A stretch of DNA of 64,000 bases, taken from assembly GCA_041649475.1 (NCBI GenBank), contig JBAZNA010000001.1, positions 686,594 to 750,593 on the forward strand. The letters run 5' to 3'. Each line of letters starts with the position of its first letter. The stretch's first letter is position 1. Source of the DNA: Patescibacteria group bacterium (lineage in GTDB: Bacteria; Patescibacteriota; Patescibacteriia; Magasanikbacterales; GWA2-37-8). Below are positions 1 to 10,769 of the stretch, piece by piece. The translations under genes were made by a program, and so were the position numbers. The notes beneath the pieces were generated by a model. That model had not been told where the DNA came from. It worked only from the letters and a program-made list of their open reading frames with translations, and did not search any database.

Positions 1-185
1 TTTGGAGTTATCATGTTCATTGTTCATAATGAACCGCAATGGATACCCGTCTTGGTGATAGAATATTGCTGGGCCCTGGACAACATGCGTCATAATCGGC
101 CGTAAACCCGACTTCAGATTTGACAGCCATATTTTATTTGGCTACCGTAACTGTATAGACAGTTAATTTTTTAATTTTAAATTAT

Positions 186-584
186 ATGGGAAATCGCATT
201 ATACATTTTGAAGTTCAGGCCGACGATATCGATAGGGCTAAAAATTTTTATGAAAAAACTTTTGGCTGGAAAATTGAAAAGATGATGGACGAAAAAGACG
301 GCGGCGAAATGAATTATTGGGGGCTCTCTACCGGGCCGGAAGGCACGCCGGGAATTAACGGCGGATTATACAAACGGTCAGATGGTGAAAATAAAATTTA
401 TACCTATGACTGCACCATCATGGTGGAAAACTTGGACAAAGCGATAGCAGACGTCAAAAATAACGGCGGAAAAATCACGCATGAAAAATCTGAAATTCCG
501 GAAGTGGGATGGTTCGCGCGCGGCATTGATACCGAAGGCAATACCTTTGGCTTAATGCAACCGACGGGATGGAAACCGAAATAA
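186..584 (+). CDS. VOC/glyoxalase family protein
   Basis: HFEVQADDIDRAKNFY start, GINGGL, GWFARGIDTEGNTFGLMQ are typical glyoxalase-family motifs. Confidence 0.9.
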   Translation: MGNRIIHFEVQADDIDRAKNFYEKTFGWKIEKMMDEKDGGEMNYWGLSTGPEGTPGINGGLYKRSDGENKIYTYDCTIMVENLDKAIADVKNNGGKITHEKSEIPEVGWFARGIDTEGNTFGLMQPTGWKPK

Positions 585-1364
585 CAGCACGCAGACAAAA
601 ACCATAAGCATTATCAAAACGATTGCTCCGCCCGAAGATATATTGAGATAGAAGGAAGCAAGGATACCGAGGAGCACTGAACCGAGCGAAATTATTTCCG
701 CCCAGAATAAAGTTTTTCTAAAACTTTTTTTAAGCTGGAGGGCGGTGACAACCGGAATAACCAAGAGGGCCGAAATCAGCAAAATGCCGATAATGGGAAT
801 GGCCACCGCAATCACGGAAGCGGCCAGGATTATAAAGACAATATTTAAAAATCCGACCGGAATGCCGCTGGTTTTTGCTACTTCCTCGTCAAAAGAAATA
901 CTGATCAATTCCTTAAAAAAAGAAATCAAAATAACAAAGATAATGAAGCTTAAAATCAAGATAACGGAAATATCAAACGGCTTAACCGTAACAATACTGC
1001 CAAAAAGATAGCTGAACAAGTCCACGCTAAAACCGTGGGCCAAGCCGATTAACACAATCGCCAGCGCCAGACCGCCCGATAAAAATATAGACAGCGCGCT
1101 CTCACCATAAAGTTTTTTACTGACCCGCAGGCGTTCAATGACCACCGCCGATACGGTTGACACGCCCAGCATTGTCAGCAGTGGATTTATTTTTAACAAC
1201 AGCGCGATAGCTACTCCGGCCAAAGAAACATGCGAAAGCGTGTCGGCAATTAGAGAATACCGGCGCAAAACCAAAAATATCCCGATAAGCGGCGCGACCG
1301 CGCCGATGAGGAGCCCCGCTTCCAGTCCCCTGATAATAAAACCGTAATGAAATATATCCAGCAT
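552..1364 (-). CDS. znuB: Zn/Mn ABC transporter permease
   Basis: LRRYSLIADTLSHVSLAG and YLFGSI motifs, polytopic membrane protein, in operon with ATPase and binding protein. Confidence 0.9.
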   Translation of the reverse strand: MLDIFHYGFIIRGLEAGLLIGAVAPLIGIFLVLRRYSLIADTLSHVSLAGVAIALLLKINPLLTMLGVSTVSAVVIERLRVSKKLYGESALSIFLSGGLALAIVLIGLAHGFSVDLFSYLFGSIVTVKPFDISVILILSFIIFVILISFFKELISISFDEEVAKTSGIPVGFLNIVFIILAASVIAVAIPIIGILLISALLVIPVVTALQLKKSFRKTLFWAEIISLGSVLLGILASFYLNISSGGAIVLIMLMVFVCVLLFRFPSRRLH

Positions 1365-1366
1365 AT

Positions 1367-2125
1367 TTAGTGATCGTGTAAAATCAGACGCACGTTTTCT
1401 CCGTATAATTTTTGCAGATAATCGCCTTTAATAAACTGCTTCGGTTCGCCGTGATAGATCAAAGATTGATTGACGCAAGCCAATTTAGTGGCTTCGTGAG
1501 TAACCACGTCTAAATCATGCGACACAAAAATCAGGGTTAACCCCAGCTGTTTGTTTAAATTTTTCAGTAACGCGTAAAATTCTTCCTGATTTTTTACATC
1601 AACGCCGACCGTGGGTTCGTCAAGAAATAATATCTCCGGCTCACCGGAGAGCGCCCGGGCGATAAAAACGCGCTGCTCTTGTCCGGCCGACAAATCACCG
1701 ATTAATCTGTCCTTATATTCCAGCATTTCCACCTGGCGCAAGGCCTTGGCAATAATGGCATCATCTTTTTTATCCAGTCCGCGCAAAAGGCCTTTTTTCC
1801 CGTATCTGCCCATGGCCGTGATTTCCCAAACCGTGGCCGGAAAAAGCGGATCAAAGTTTATGGCTTTTTGCGGCACATACCCCAGCTTGGACCAGTCCCT
1901 AAATTTATTTATAGGTTTGTCAAAAAGCTTAACCTCGCCGGCGCTGGGCTTTAAGAGCCCGAGCATCACTTTAAGCAGAGTGGTTTTACCGCTGCCGTTA
2001 GGGCCGATCATGCCCAGATAATCGCCATGGCAGATATTTAAAGTGATATTTTTTAACACCAAGGTCTGGCCATAGGAGAATGACACATTGTGCAATTCAA
2101 TTATATTTTTACAATTTACTGACAT
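1367..2125 (-). CDS. znuC: Zn/Mn ABC transporter ATP-binding protein
   Basis: Walker A GPNGSGKTT, signature LSAGQEQR, Walker B LFLDEPT, SHDL. Confidence 0.9.
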   Translation of the reverse strand: MSVNCKNIIELHNVSFSYGQTLVLKNITLNICHGDYLGMIGPNGSGKTTLLKVMLGLLKPSAGEVKLFDKPINKFRDWSKLGYVPQKAINFDPLFPATVWEITAMGRYGKKGLLRGLDKKDDAIIAKALRQVEMLEYKDRLIGDLSAGQEQRVFIARALSGEPEILFLDEPTVGVDVKNQEEFYALLKNLNKQLGLTLIFVSHDLDVVTHEATKLACVNQSLIYHGEPKQFIKGDYLQKLYGENVRLILHDH

Positions 2126-2988
2126 TGCAAAGCAATTCTTAAATTATTTAAATTATCCGTCATCACCGTAAAATAATTTTTTCCTTGACTGATTTCCGCG
2201 TTGGTCAAACCCTCAAGCGGATTTAACACCAGCGTTTGCGCGCCGGTTTCGCGCGCGATCGTATCTGACAATTTCGGACTCGTCAAACTTTCAAAAAAAA
2301 TATATTTAATATTATTGGTCTTTACGAAATCGGCAACTTCGGTCAATTTTTGCGGCGACGGCTCTTCATCGGGTGAAATACCGGAAATGGCAACCTGGTT
2401 TAAGCCGTACTCCTTCGCCAAATAGCCAAAGGCCGCGTGCGCGGTGACAAAATCTTTTTTTTGGCAACTACTTAACCCAGTGCGGTACTCGGCATCAAGC
2501 GCATCCAATTTATTTTCTAAATTTTGCGCGTTGGTTTTGTAATAGTCCGCGTTTGTCGGGAAAGCGACAGTCAAACCGTTTAAGATAGCCGCAACTTCAT
2601 TTTTGGCCAATACCGGATCCAGCCACACATGCGGATCCCCTACGCCGTTATTTCCAGCCACAACCACGGTTGTCTGGGATCCCTTTAACGAAGCCGTCAT
2701 GCTATCACCCCAAGGTTCCAGTTTTCCGCCATTAATGATCAAAAGTTTACTGTCTTCTATTCTGGCTACATCTTGCGTGGTTGGTTCATAATCGTGCGGT
2801 TCGGCTCCGGCCGGAGTTATATTGTACACGCTCGCTTTGTCACCCGCAATCTGGGTGGTAAAAAAATACAAAGGATAAAAAGAAGTGACCACACCTGTTT
2901 CCGTGCTGTTTTTAACAGGATGAAATTTATAAAAATAAAAAACTAAGGCCCCAAAAACCGCTAAAATTATTAAGTACCGAAACTTCAT
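2116..2988 (-). CDS. znuA: Zn ABC transporter substrate-binding protein (ZnuA/AdcA-like)
   Basis: EPHDYEP, DPHVWLDP, HAAFGYLA, LNPLEG metal-binding motifs; N-terminal anchor. Confidence 0.9.
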   Translation of the reverse strand: MKFRYLIILAVFGALVFYFYKFHPVKNSTETGVVTSFYPLYFFTTQIAGDKASVYNITPAGAEPHDYEPTTQDVARIEDSKLLIINGGKLEPWGDSMTASLKGSQTTVVVAGNNGVGDPHVWLDPVLAKNEVAAILNGLTVAFPTNADYYKTNAQNLENKLDALDAEYRTGLSSCQKKDFVTAHAAFGYLAKEYGLNQVAISGISPDEEPSPQKLTEVADFVKTNNIKYIFFESLTSPKLSDTIARETGAQTLVLNPLEGLTNAEISQGKNYFTVMTDNLNNLRIALQCQ

Positions 2989-3081
2989 ATATAAATAGGA
3001 TACAGAAATTTTACTGCAGAGTCAAGCCAAATCCTCAAGCGGTCTGTTCAATCAGGCACTTTTTAGATATAATGAAAATAT

Positions 3082-4407
3082 ATGCTGTTAAAGTATAAAA
3101 CATATTTAGCCGCGGTGGTTTTAATTTCCGCTGTAATTTTAGTACCAATGGCGCGGGCCGATGAGATAACCGCCAAAACCCAGGAGCGGGATCAACTGCA
3201 GGCCCAGCTTGATCAAATTGAAGAGCAAATCGCGATTTATGAAAAAGAACTGGCCCAAACAACCACCCAAAAAAATACTCTGGCCAATAAAATAAAAAAA
3301 TTAAAATCACAGCAGGCCGCTTTAAAATTACAAATACAAGAAACCACGCTCAAACTGGCTGAACTGGAAAAAAACTTAACAATCACCAATCAGTCCATCA
3401 GCGCCAAGGCGGCCAAACTAGAATCCTTAAAAATTGAAATCGCCGGCCTTCTGCGCCAGTTGCATTCTGATAATCAAAACGTTTTGACCATGATTATGAC
3501 TGCCCGCAGTTTGGGAGACGCCTACGTGCAAGTTAAAAACTATTTTATGCTCACCCAGGCCTTGAGCCAACTTATGGGACAAACAAAAGACGTTAAGGCA
3601 CAACTGGAAACGCAACGCACCCAGTATGAAGAGCAGCAAACCGACAATGAAAAACTTCTGTCAATAAAATCAATTCAGCAAAATCAATTGGTCACAACCC
3701 TGCAGGAGCAAAATTCACTGTTGCAGGAAACCAAAGGACAGGAAAGTTCTTACCAGGCAATTTTAGCCGATCAAAAAAAACAGGCCGCGGCCATTCGCAA
3801 CCGCATTTACGAACTGTTCAGCATGACCACCCAGATAACCTTCGGCCAGGCGCTTGAGATTGCCAATTGGGCATCAGGACTGACCGGCGTACGTCCGGCG
3901 TTTTTACTCGCGATTTTAACCCAAGAATCAAACTTGGGCAAAAATGTCGGCACCTGCAACCGCCTGGGCGACCCGCCGGAAAAAAGCTGGAAAGTGGTAA
4001 TGAAACCGGAAAGGGATCAGGAACCGTTTAAAAAAATAACAACGGAACTGAATCTTGATATAGATTCCACGCCTGTTTCCTGCCCGATGCATGATGCTAA
4101 AGGCAACCAGGTCGGCTGGGGCGGCGGCATGGGGCCGGCGCAATTCATCCCCTCAACCTGGATGGGCTACAAAGATAAAGTTGCGGCCATGACCGGCAAA
4201 TCACCGGCCAACCCCTGGGATATCAGAGATGCTTTTATTGCCTCGGCCATCAAGCTAAAAGCCGCCGGGGCTGACTCAAAATCCGGAGAGTGGAAAGCGG
4301 CCATGATTTATTTTTCCGGCGGTACCAATTCCCGCTACAGTTTTTACGGCGATAATGTGGTTGCCACCGCCAATAAATACCAAAGCGACATAGACCAACT
4401 TCAATAA
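3082..4407 (+). CDS. Secreted coiled-coil protein with C-terminal lytic transglycosylase-like domain
   Basis: Signal peptide, long heptad coiled coil, then AILTQES / MGPAQFIPSTW / NPWDIRDA lysozyme-fold motifs. Confidence 0.8.
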   Translation: MLLKYKTYLAAVVLISAVILVPMARADEITAKTQERDQLQAQLDQIEEQIAIYEKELAQTTTQKNTLANKIKKLKSQQAALKLQIQETTLKLAELEKNLTITNQSISAKAAKLESLKIEIAGLLRQLHSDNQNVLTMIMTARSLGDAYVQVKNYFMLTQALSQLMGQTKDVKAQLETQRTQYEEQQTDNEKLLSIKSIQQNQLVTTLQEQNSLLQETKGQESSYQAILADQKKQAAAIRNRIYELFSMTTQITFGQALEIANWASGLTGVRPAFLLAILTQESNLGKNVGTCNRLGDPPEKSWKVVMKPERDQEPFKKITTELNLDIDSTPVSCPMHDAKGNQVGWGGGMGPAQFIPSTWMGYKDKVAAMTGKSPANPWDIRDAFIASAIKLKAAGADSKSGEWKAAMIYFSGGTNSRYSFYGDNVVATANKYQSDIDQLQ

Positions 4408-4408
4408 A

Positions 4409-4984
4409 ATGCCAGATCTACACTCGGATGAACAACTCGTAGCCGCTTTTTTGACCGGCGATGAAGCCGCTCTAAATATTTTAATACAAAGATATACCGC
4501 CCGGGTATATAATTTTGTGGCACAATATATCGGCCACGGGCAGGACGCCGAAGACACCACCCAGGAAACATTCATCAAGGTTTGGAAGGGCCTGCGCCGA
4601 TTTGATACGACAAAAAAATTCAAGCCCTGGCTGTTTCAAATTGCCAAAAATACAGCCATTGACTTTCTTCGCAAACGCAAGCTACCCATATTGACCACTG
4701 TTGTTGATGATGACGAAAACGCCATCAATCCGGTAGATGTGCTGTCGGATCAAACGCCCCTGCCGCTTGAACAGATGGCTGTAGTTGAACGCGCGGCCAT
4801 AATCCAAAAAGCCCTTAATTTACTGCCCAACATATATAGTACGGTGATAAATTTATATTACCTGGAAGAGCTGACGCTCGCGGAAATTGCGGAAGTTCTG
4901 TCAGAATCACTGGACACGATAAAAAGCCGCCACCGCCGCGCTCTCATCAAACTCCGAGAATTGATACCCAAGGGTGAACAATAA
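4409..4984 (+). CDS. ECF sigma-70 factor
   Basis: DAEDTTQETFIKVW, FKPWLFQIAKNTAID, EIAEVL region 4 HTH. Confidence 0.93.
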   Translation: MPDLHSDEQLVAAFLTGDEAALNILIQRYTARVYNFVAQYIGHGQDAEDTTQETFIKVWKGLRRFDTTKKFKPWLFQIAKNTAIDFLRKRKLPILTTVVDDDENAINPVDVLSDQTPLPLEQMAVVERAAIIQKALNLLPNIYSTVINLYYLEELTLAEIAEVLSESLDTIKSRHRRALIKLRELIPKGEQ

Positions 4985-5022
4985 ATGCACCTAAAATTCA
5001 TTTATTTACGTATTATACGTGT

Positions 5023-5430
5023 ATGACAAACCCATTATTTGAACATATCCAGCTTGATTGCCCAAACGGCTTGGCTGAAAAGATTGTCCAAACAATTGAA
5101 CATAGAAAAATGGTCAACTACTACGCTAAAATTATCATTTTCGGCTTCTTTTCATTAGTGTCTGTTTTTGTGCTCGTAATTGCTTTAAGATCGGAAATTC
5201 CGTATATCATAAACTCCGAAGCCGGCAAACTTGTCTCTTTGCTGTTTTCCGACTCATCCATCATCTTAAAATACTGGCAGCAATACTTCCTGTCTCTCAT
5301 TCAATCCTTGCCGATTGTTTCAATAATTATTGTCGGCATCTCTTTGTGGCTGGTATGCATGTTTGTGTGGATGATGGCACGCGCTTCGCTTGTCCTGATA
5401 CATCATAATAAAATTAAAAATCACGCTTAA
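5023..5430 (+). CDS. Membrane protein, putative anti-sigma factor
   Basis: Directly downstream of the ECF sigma, short cytoplasmic N-terminus plus TM helices; function inferred from context. Confidence 0.55.
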   Translation: MTNPLFEHIQLDCPNGLAEKIVQTIEHRKMVNYYAKIIIFGFFSLVSVFVLVIALRSEIPYIINSEAGKLVSLLFSDSSIILKYWQQYFLSLIQSLPIVSIIIVGISLWLVCMFVWMMARASLVLIHHNKIKNHA

Positions 5431-5439
5431 ACAAAACAT

Positions 5440-5880
5440 ATGAAATCAAATCAAGGCATACAAATTATCAAAGGCATAGTGATCGGATTAGGAGCGCTGA
5501 TCATAGTGCTGGTCATTTTTTGGGCCGGTATAATGGTCGGCTCGCGCGAAGCCAGATTTAGTTATCAATGGGGTGCTAATTACCATCATTTATTCGGACC
5601 TCCGCCCGGACCGCTTCTGGGTGGGGGTGCAGATTTTATGAATCCGAACAGCGCCGCCGGCACTATTATAAAAGTCAGCACCAGCACGCTTTTAATTAAA
5701 GGCGATGATAATACTGAAAAAAGCGTGGTTATCTCCAACGGCACCCTGATACGAAGCTTACAAAATACATTAAGTCCTAGTGATCTTAAAGTTGACGACC
5801 AAGTTGTAATTTTAGGAGAACCGAGCAGTACCGGACAAATTGAAGCAAAATTTATTCGCGTCTTTCCGCAGTCATTATGA
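5440..5880 (+). CDS. Membrane-anchored beta-barrel domain protein (DUF5666-like)
   Basis: TM helix then GTIIKV...DLKVDDQVVILG...IEAKFIRV pattern. Confidence 0.65.
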   Translation: MKSNQGIQIIKGIVIGLGALIIVLVIFWAGIMVGSREARFSYQWGANYHHLFGPPPGPLLGGGADFMNPNSAAGTIIKVSTSTLLIKGDDNTEKSVVISNGTLIRSLQNTLSPSDLKVDDQVVILGEPSSTGQIEAKFIRVFPQSL

Positions 5881-7622
5881 TCAAAAAATTTATAAAAAAA
5901 CATAAAATCTGGACCGGTATAATAATTATTGTAATAGCAGTAATCGCCTATTACGTATATAAATCATTTACCGGCGGTCAAACTACTACCCAATATATAG
6001 CAACCGCTGCCACGCAAGGCACCCTCATAACCTCGGTAAGCGGCAGCGGGCAGGTTTCGGCCTCAAACCAGGTTGATCTTTCCACCAAGGGTTCCGGCGC
6101 CGTGACCTCCATTAGCGTTAAAGAAGGCCAAACAGTTACGGCCGGCACGGTTTTACTGCGTATAGATGCCACTGATGCCACCAAAGCCGTACGTGACGCG
6201 CAAATCAATTTAGAAAGCGCCCAGCTGTCGCTTGCAAAAATGAAAGCAGCGACCGACCCGCTGGCTTTGTTACAAGCACAAAATTCCCTTTATCAATCTC
6301 AATCCTCCAAACAACAGGCCATAGATAATCTAAGCAAGGCCTATGATGACGGATTCAATTCGGTCTCAAATGCTTTTCTTGATTTACCTACAGTAATGAC
6401 CGGACTCACGAATGTGCTTTTAGGAAACGACAGTACTCTGGGCGGAGCCAACCAATGGAATATGGATTATTATGTAGACGCAGTGACAAATTATGAACCC
6501 CAAGTCAAACAATTCAGGGATGATGCTTACGCCAAATATTTAACCGCCAAACAAGCATACGATCAAAATTTTACGGATTATAAAGCCGCCGGCCGGTTTT
6601 CAAGCACCTCCACCATTGACGCCCTGATTTCAGAATCATACAACACTTCCAAATCCATTGCCGACGCCATAAAAAGCACTAACAATTTAATTCAATTTTA
6701 TGCAGATACAATGCGTGAACACAGTGCCACTCCCAAAGCGGCTGCGGACACGCAATTGACAAATCTGAATTCCTACACCACCAAAGTAAATTCTCATGTC
6801 AGCGATTTGCTTGGTGTTGAGCAAACAATCCAAAATAATGAAGAATCTATTATTAGTGCCAGCCAATCAATTGCCGAAAAAACACAATCGCTCGCCGATT
6901 TACAAGCAGGCACAGACCCGCTTGATCTTAAGGCACAGGAATTATCCGTCCAGCAAAGACAAAACTCTCTAAATGATGCCAGGCAACAATTGGCCGATTA
7001 TTCTATTAAAGCGCCCTTTACCGGAGTGGTTGCCAAAGTTTCCGTAAACGTTGGCGATTCAATTTCTGCGGGAACAGCCGCGATCACCTTGCTCACCTCG
7101 CAAAAAATCGCTGAAATTCCGCTAAACGAAGTGGACGTTTCCAAAGTGAAAGTCGGCCAGCAGGTCACGCTCACTTTTGATGCTCTGTCTGACTTAACCA
7201 TTGCCGGAACTGTCTTAAATATTGATACCATCGGCACTGTCTCCCAAGGTGTCGTCACCTATAATGTTAAACTAGGTTTTGATACTCAAGATTCAAGGGT
7301 TAAATCGGGTATGAGTGTAACGGCCAACATCATAACCGACTCCAAACAAAACGTAATTCTGGTTCCTAACGCGGCCGTAAAAACCAGCAATGGATCATCT
7401 TATGTCCAATTACTAATAAATGACGCGCCACAAACACAGACAGTTACAGTTGGACTATCCAATAACACCATGACAGAAATTGTCAGTGGTGTTAATGTGG
7501 GCGACCAGGTAATCACCCAAACAATCACTTCAAACAGTGCCACAAAAACTAATACTACCAAAAGCAGTAATAGCGGCGGATTGGGCATTCCCGGTATAGG
7601 CGGAGGTGGCTTCGGCCGCTAA
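5877..7622 (+). CDS. MacA/HlyD-type periplasmic adaptor subunit
   Basis: Lipoyl-like VKEGQTV/IKAPFTGVV halves around a long helical insert; NEVDVSKVKVGQ, GMSVTA, VPNAAV. Confidence 0.9.
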   Translation: MIKKFIKKHKIWTGIIIIVIAVIAYYVYKSFTGGQTTTQYIATAATQGTLITSVSGSGQVSASNQVDLSTKGSGAVTSISVKEGQTVTAGTVLLRIDATDATKAVRDAQINLESAQLSLAKMKAATDPLALLQAQNSLYQSQSSKQQAIDNLSKAYDDGFNSVSNAFLDLPTVMTGLTNVLLGNDSTLGGANQWNMDYYVDAVTNYEPQVKQFRDDAYAKYLTAKQAYDQNFTDYKAAGRFSSTSTIDALISESYNTSKSIADAIKSTNNLIQFYADTMREHSATPKAAADTQLTNLNSYTTKVNSHVSDLLGVEQTIQNNEESIISASQSIAEKTQSLADLQAGTDPLDLKAQELSVQQRQNSLNDARQQLADYSIKAPFTGVVAKVSVNVGDSISAGTAAITLLTSQKIAEIPLNEVDVSKVKVGQQVTLTFDALSDLTIAGTVLNIDTIGTVSQGVVTYNVKLGFDTQDSRVKSGMSVTANIITDSKQNVILVPNAAVKTSNGSSYVQLLINDAPQTQTVTVGLSNNTMTEIVSGVNVGDQVITQTITSNSATKTNTTKSSNSGGLGIPGIGGGGFGR

Positions 7623-7631
7623 AAAAATCTT

Positions 7632-8342
7632 ATGATTGAATGCAAAGATATTGTTAAAATTTATAAAACCGGTGAAGAAGAAACAATTGTCCTTAAAAAT
7701 GTTTCCTTTAAAATAAAGGACGGCGAATTTGTGGCCATTATGGGACCATCCGGATCTGGAAAATCAACCCTGATGCATATTTTGGGCGCGCTTGACTCCC
7801 CTTCGAGCGGCACCTATTTGCTTGACGATCAAGATGTGTCACACTTAGCAGACGACGAACTGGCAGAAATCAGAAACAAAAAGATCGGCTTTGTCTTTCA
7901 GAGTTATAATCTTCTACCCCGAGCCACAGTTTTGCGCAACGTAACCATGTCTTTAATGTATGCCGGCGTACCGCGCGATCAGCGAGAAAAAAAAGCCAAA
8001 CACGCGCTCCTGGCAGCCGGACTGGCCGAAGACAGGTGGAATCATTTATCAAACCAGCTTTCCGGTGGACAGATGCAAAGAGTGGCCATTGCCCGGGCCT
8101 TAGTTAATAATCCGTCCATAATTTTGGCGGATGAACCAACCGGAAATTTGGATACAAAAACCGGAGACGTAGTAATGGCAACTTTTCAGGAATTAAACAA
8201 AAAACATGATTCCACCATCGTACTAATTACTCATGAACATGATGTGGCTTTGCATGCCAAACGCATTATTCATTTAAGAGACGGGGAAATTATCAAGGAT
8301 GAAATAATTGAGAAACCCCGCATAGCTCACGCGACAGTATGA
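7632..8342 (+). CDS. MacB/LolD-type ABC ATP-binding protein
   Basis: [43 protein letters not shown]. Confidence 0.93.
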   Translation: MIECKDIVKIYKTGEEETIVLKNVSFKIKDGEFVAIMGPSGSGKSTLMHILGALDSPSSGTYLLDDQDVSHLADDELAEIRNKKIGFVFQSYNLLPRATVLRNVTMSLMYAGVPRDQREKKAKHALLAAGLAEDRWNHLSNQLSGGQMQRVAIARALVNNPSIILADEPTGNLDTKTGDVVMATFQELNKKHDSTIVLITHEHDVALHAKRIIHLRDGEIIKDEIIEKPRIAHATV

Positions 8343-9562
8343 ATACTTCTGATTTACTTGAAGAAACATTTTTGGCGATTACGGCCAATAAAATTAGATC
8401 CGGATTGACTGTTCTTGGTATTGTCATCGGCATTAGCTCGGTTATTGCCATGATTTCCATTGGCCAAGGATCACAGGCCTCAATTGAATCCAGCATTCAA
8501 TCAATCGGGTCAAATTTAATTTTGGTTACGCCCGGATTTTCCAGAGGAGTCGGCACCACCGTACGCTCGGCCAGAGGGTCTGCCAGTACGCTCACACAGG
8601 CGGATGCCGATGCCATTGCCAACGAAATAACCACGGCTAAGGCGGTGGCGCCTGAGGTCTCAAGCCGCTATCAAATCACGGCCAAAGGAACAAACACCAA
8701 TACTTCGGTTGATGGGGTCACCTCTATTTATCCGCAAGTGCGCAATGTCCAGATTGACCTTGGCTCTTTTATTTCTGACCAAAACGTACAGAGTATGTCT
8801 AAGGTGGCGGTGTTAGGTCCAACCACCAGAGATGATTTGTTCGGTGAGGGAACTGACCCAACCGGCCAAACTATACGCATAAACAATTCCGAATACACTG
8901 TCATCGGCGTCACCAAATCAAAAGGCGGCTCCGGGTTTGGCAGCTCGGATGATATTATTTACATCCCGATCACCACGGCACAAAGGTACCTAAGCGGTGA
9001 CACCTCTGTCTCCACTATTAATGTTCAGGCCAACGATGAAAAATCAATGGCCGCCATACAACAACAAATTACTGATTTATTACTACAAAGACACAACATT
9101 ACTGATTCTTCGCTGGCCGATTTTCAGGTCATGAATCAGACAGATATCGCGGCAACCGCCTCCTCGGTCACCAATACCTTTACCACCTTGCTCGCGGCTA
9201 TTGCCGGTATCTCCCTGATTGTCGGTGGCATCGGCATTATGAATATGATGCTTACCACCGTCACTGAACGCACGCGAGAAATCGGACTGCGCAAAGCGAT
9301 TGGCGCCAAAAAAAATAATATCAGTTTGCAATTTTTAACCGAGTCGGTGATGCTTACTTTTTTTGGCGGGGTTGTGGGTGTATTCCTTGGCTGGATATTG
9401 GCAGTGATCATTTCCAAATTTGCCGGTATTGCCACCTCTATATCTTGGTACGCCGTGGCCCTGGCCTTTGGGGTTTCGGCTTTGATTGGCATTATATTCG
9501 GTTATTACCCGGCGCGCCGAGCCGCGGGGTTAAATCCAATTGAGGCCCTACGATACGAATAA
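8339..9562 (+). CDS. MacB/FtsX-family ABC permease
   Basis: RSGLTVLGIVIG, GGIGIMNMML, ERTREIGLRKAIGA, NPIEALRYE. Confidence 0.93.
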   Translation: MNTSDLLEETFLAITANKIRSGLTVLGIVIGISSVIAMISIGQGSQASIESSIQSIGSNLILVTPGFSRGVGTTVRSARGSASTLTQADADAIANEITTAKAVAPEVSSRYQITAKGTNTNTSVDGVTSIYPQVRNVQIDLGSFISDQNVQSMSKVAVLGPTTRDDLFGEGTDPTGQTIRINNSEYTVIGVTKSKGGSGFGSSDDIIYIPITTAQRYLSGDTSVSTINVQANDEKSMAAIQQQITDLLLQRHNITDSSLADFQVMNQTDIAATASSVTNTFTTLLAAIAGISLIVGGIGIMNMMLTTVTERTREIGLRKAIGAKKNNISLQFLTESVMLTFFGGVVGVFLGWILAVIISKFAGIATSISWYAVALAFGVSALIGIIFGYYPARRAAGLNPIEALRYE

Positions 9563-9588
9563 ATCAAATTAATAATTAATACAAAAGT

Positions 9589-10029
9589 ATGAAAAAAACG
9601 TATTACATAATCATGGTAGTAATCATCATATTGGTCGGCGGCGGCGCGCTCTATGGCGGCTATACATATGGTACAAGCACAGCCAAAGCCGGTCCTCGCA
9701 ATCCAATGGCTGGAAATTTTGGCAACTTCGCCGGTGCCGCAGGGAGAAATGGCATCGGTGGCGCAGGCAGCGCCAATGTCAGTGCGGTGCGCGGAAGCAT
9801 TCTTTCCACCAATGCCGGCACGATCTCTTTACAGCTTGATAACAATGCCGGTTCCAAAATTATTCTCTATTCAACCTCAACGCCAATTACAAAAACAGCC
9901 GAAGGCACAACCAACGACTTAGTGTCCGGCCAAAATATAATGGTGAGAGGCACACAAAATTCCGACGGCAGCGTGACGGCCGAGTCAATTCAATTGGTCC
10001 CCGCTTCCAGCACTGTGCGCGGATTTTGA
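9589..10029 (+). CDS. Membrane-anchored DUF5666-like protein
   Basis: TM helix, Gly-rich linker, DLVSGQNIMVRGTQNSDGSVTAESIQ. Confidence 0.65.
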   Translation: MKKTYYIIMVVIIILVGGGALYGGYTYGTSTAKAGPRNPMAGNFGNFAGAAGRNGIGGAGSANVSAVRGSILSTNAGTISLQLDNNAGSKIILYSTSTPITKTAEGTTNDLVSGQNIMVRGTQNSDGSVTAESIQLVPASSTVRGF

Positions 10030-10638
10030 TCTGTGCTTGAGGTGTCGCCAAATATACAAAGCGACGAAAATAATAACTATAACCAACATCAACAAATCAA
10101 AGTTGTGCAATTTTTCCTGAATTAATGTCCAATTATTTTGTAATTTAATTCCCAGCCAGGTAAAGAGCACGGCCCACGGAAAGGCGCCGATAAACGTAAA
10201 TAAAACAAACTTCTTCAGATTCATTTCCGCGATTCCGGCCGGAAAAGAAATATAGGTTCTAATTACCGGCAGCAAACGCCCCACCAACACAGTGGCTTCT
10301 CCATAATTTTTAAACCAATGATCGGCTTTATCCAGATCGTGTCTTGATATTAAAAAATATTTTCCGTACTTTTCAATTAAAGGCCGACCGCCTTTGTAAC
10401 CGATAAAATAGGCAAGCAACGAACCGGCTAAATTCCCCAGTGTTCCGACCAAGGCAACCAACCAAAAATTTAAATGACCGGTAGCCACTAAAAATCCAGA
10501 AAAAGGCATTATAGCTTCCGAGGGCATCGGTATACCGCAACTTTCAACCAACATTAAACCAAAAATACCGGCATAGCCGGTGGCGCCGATGACGCTGACA
10601 ACAAAACTGACTAAATATCCGATTATTGTTGAGATCAT
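9985..10638 (-). CDS. dedA: DedA family membrane protein
   Basis: ESCGIPMPSE, GRLLPVIRTYISFPAG motifs; start taken at internal ATG MISTIIG (alternative 10671). Confidence 0.88.
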   Translation of the reverse strand: MISTIIGYLVSFVVSVIGATGYAGIFGLMLVESCGIPMPSEAIMPFSGFLVATGHLNFWLVALVGTLGNLAGSLLAYFIGYKGGRPLIEKYGKYFLISRHDLDKADHWFKNYGEATVLVGRLLPVIRTYISFPAGIAEMNLKKFVLFTFIGAFPWAVLFTWLGIKLQNNWTLIQEKLHNFDLLMLVIVIIFVALYIWRHLKHRSKSAHSAGSGDQLN

Positions 10639-10769
10639 AAACGAAATGAGTGAGAAGATTGACAACAGCATTATTTTACCTGATTTTTTGGATTTTAACA
10701 AGACAAAAAAACGCCCAAGACCGTACGTGCGGCCAAGGGCGCTGAAGCCGGGTGTCTCTCGTCACCTGA

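Noticed and set aside
1-93. Open minus-strand frame running off the left edge
   Set aside because: Too short to assign a start or function.
552-584. Convergent gene overlaps (also 9985-10029 and 17627-17632)
   Set aside because: Short tail-to-tail overlaps are ordinary in compact genomes.
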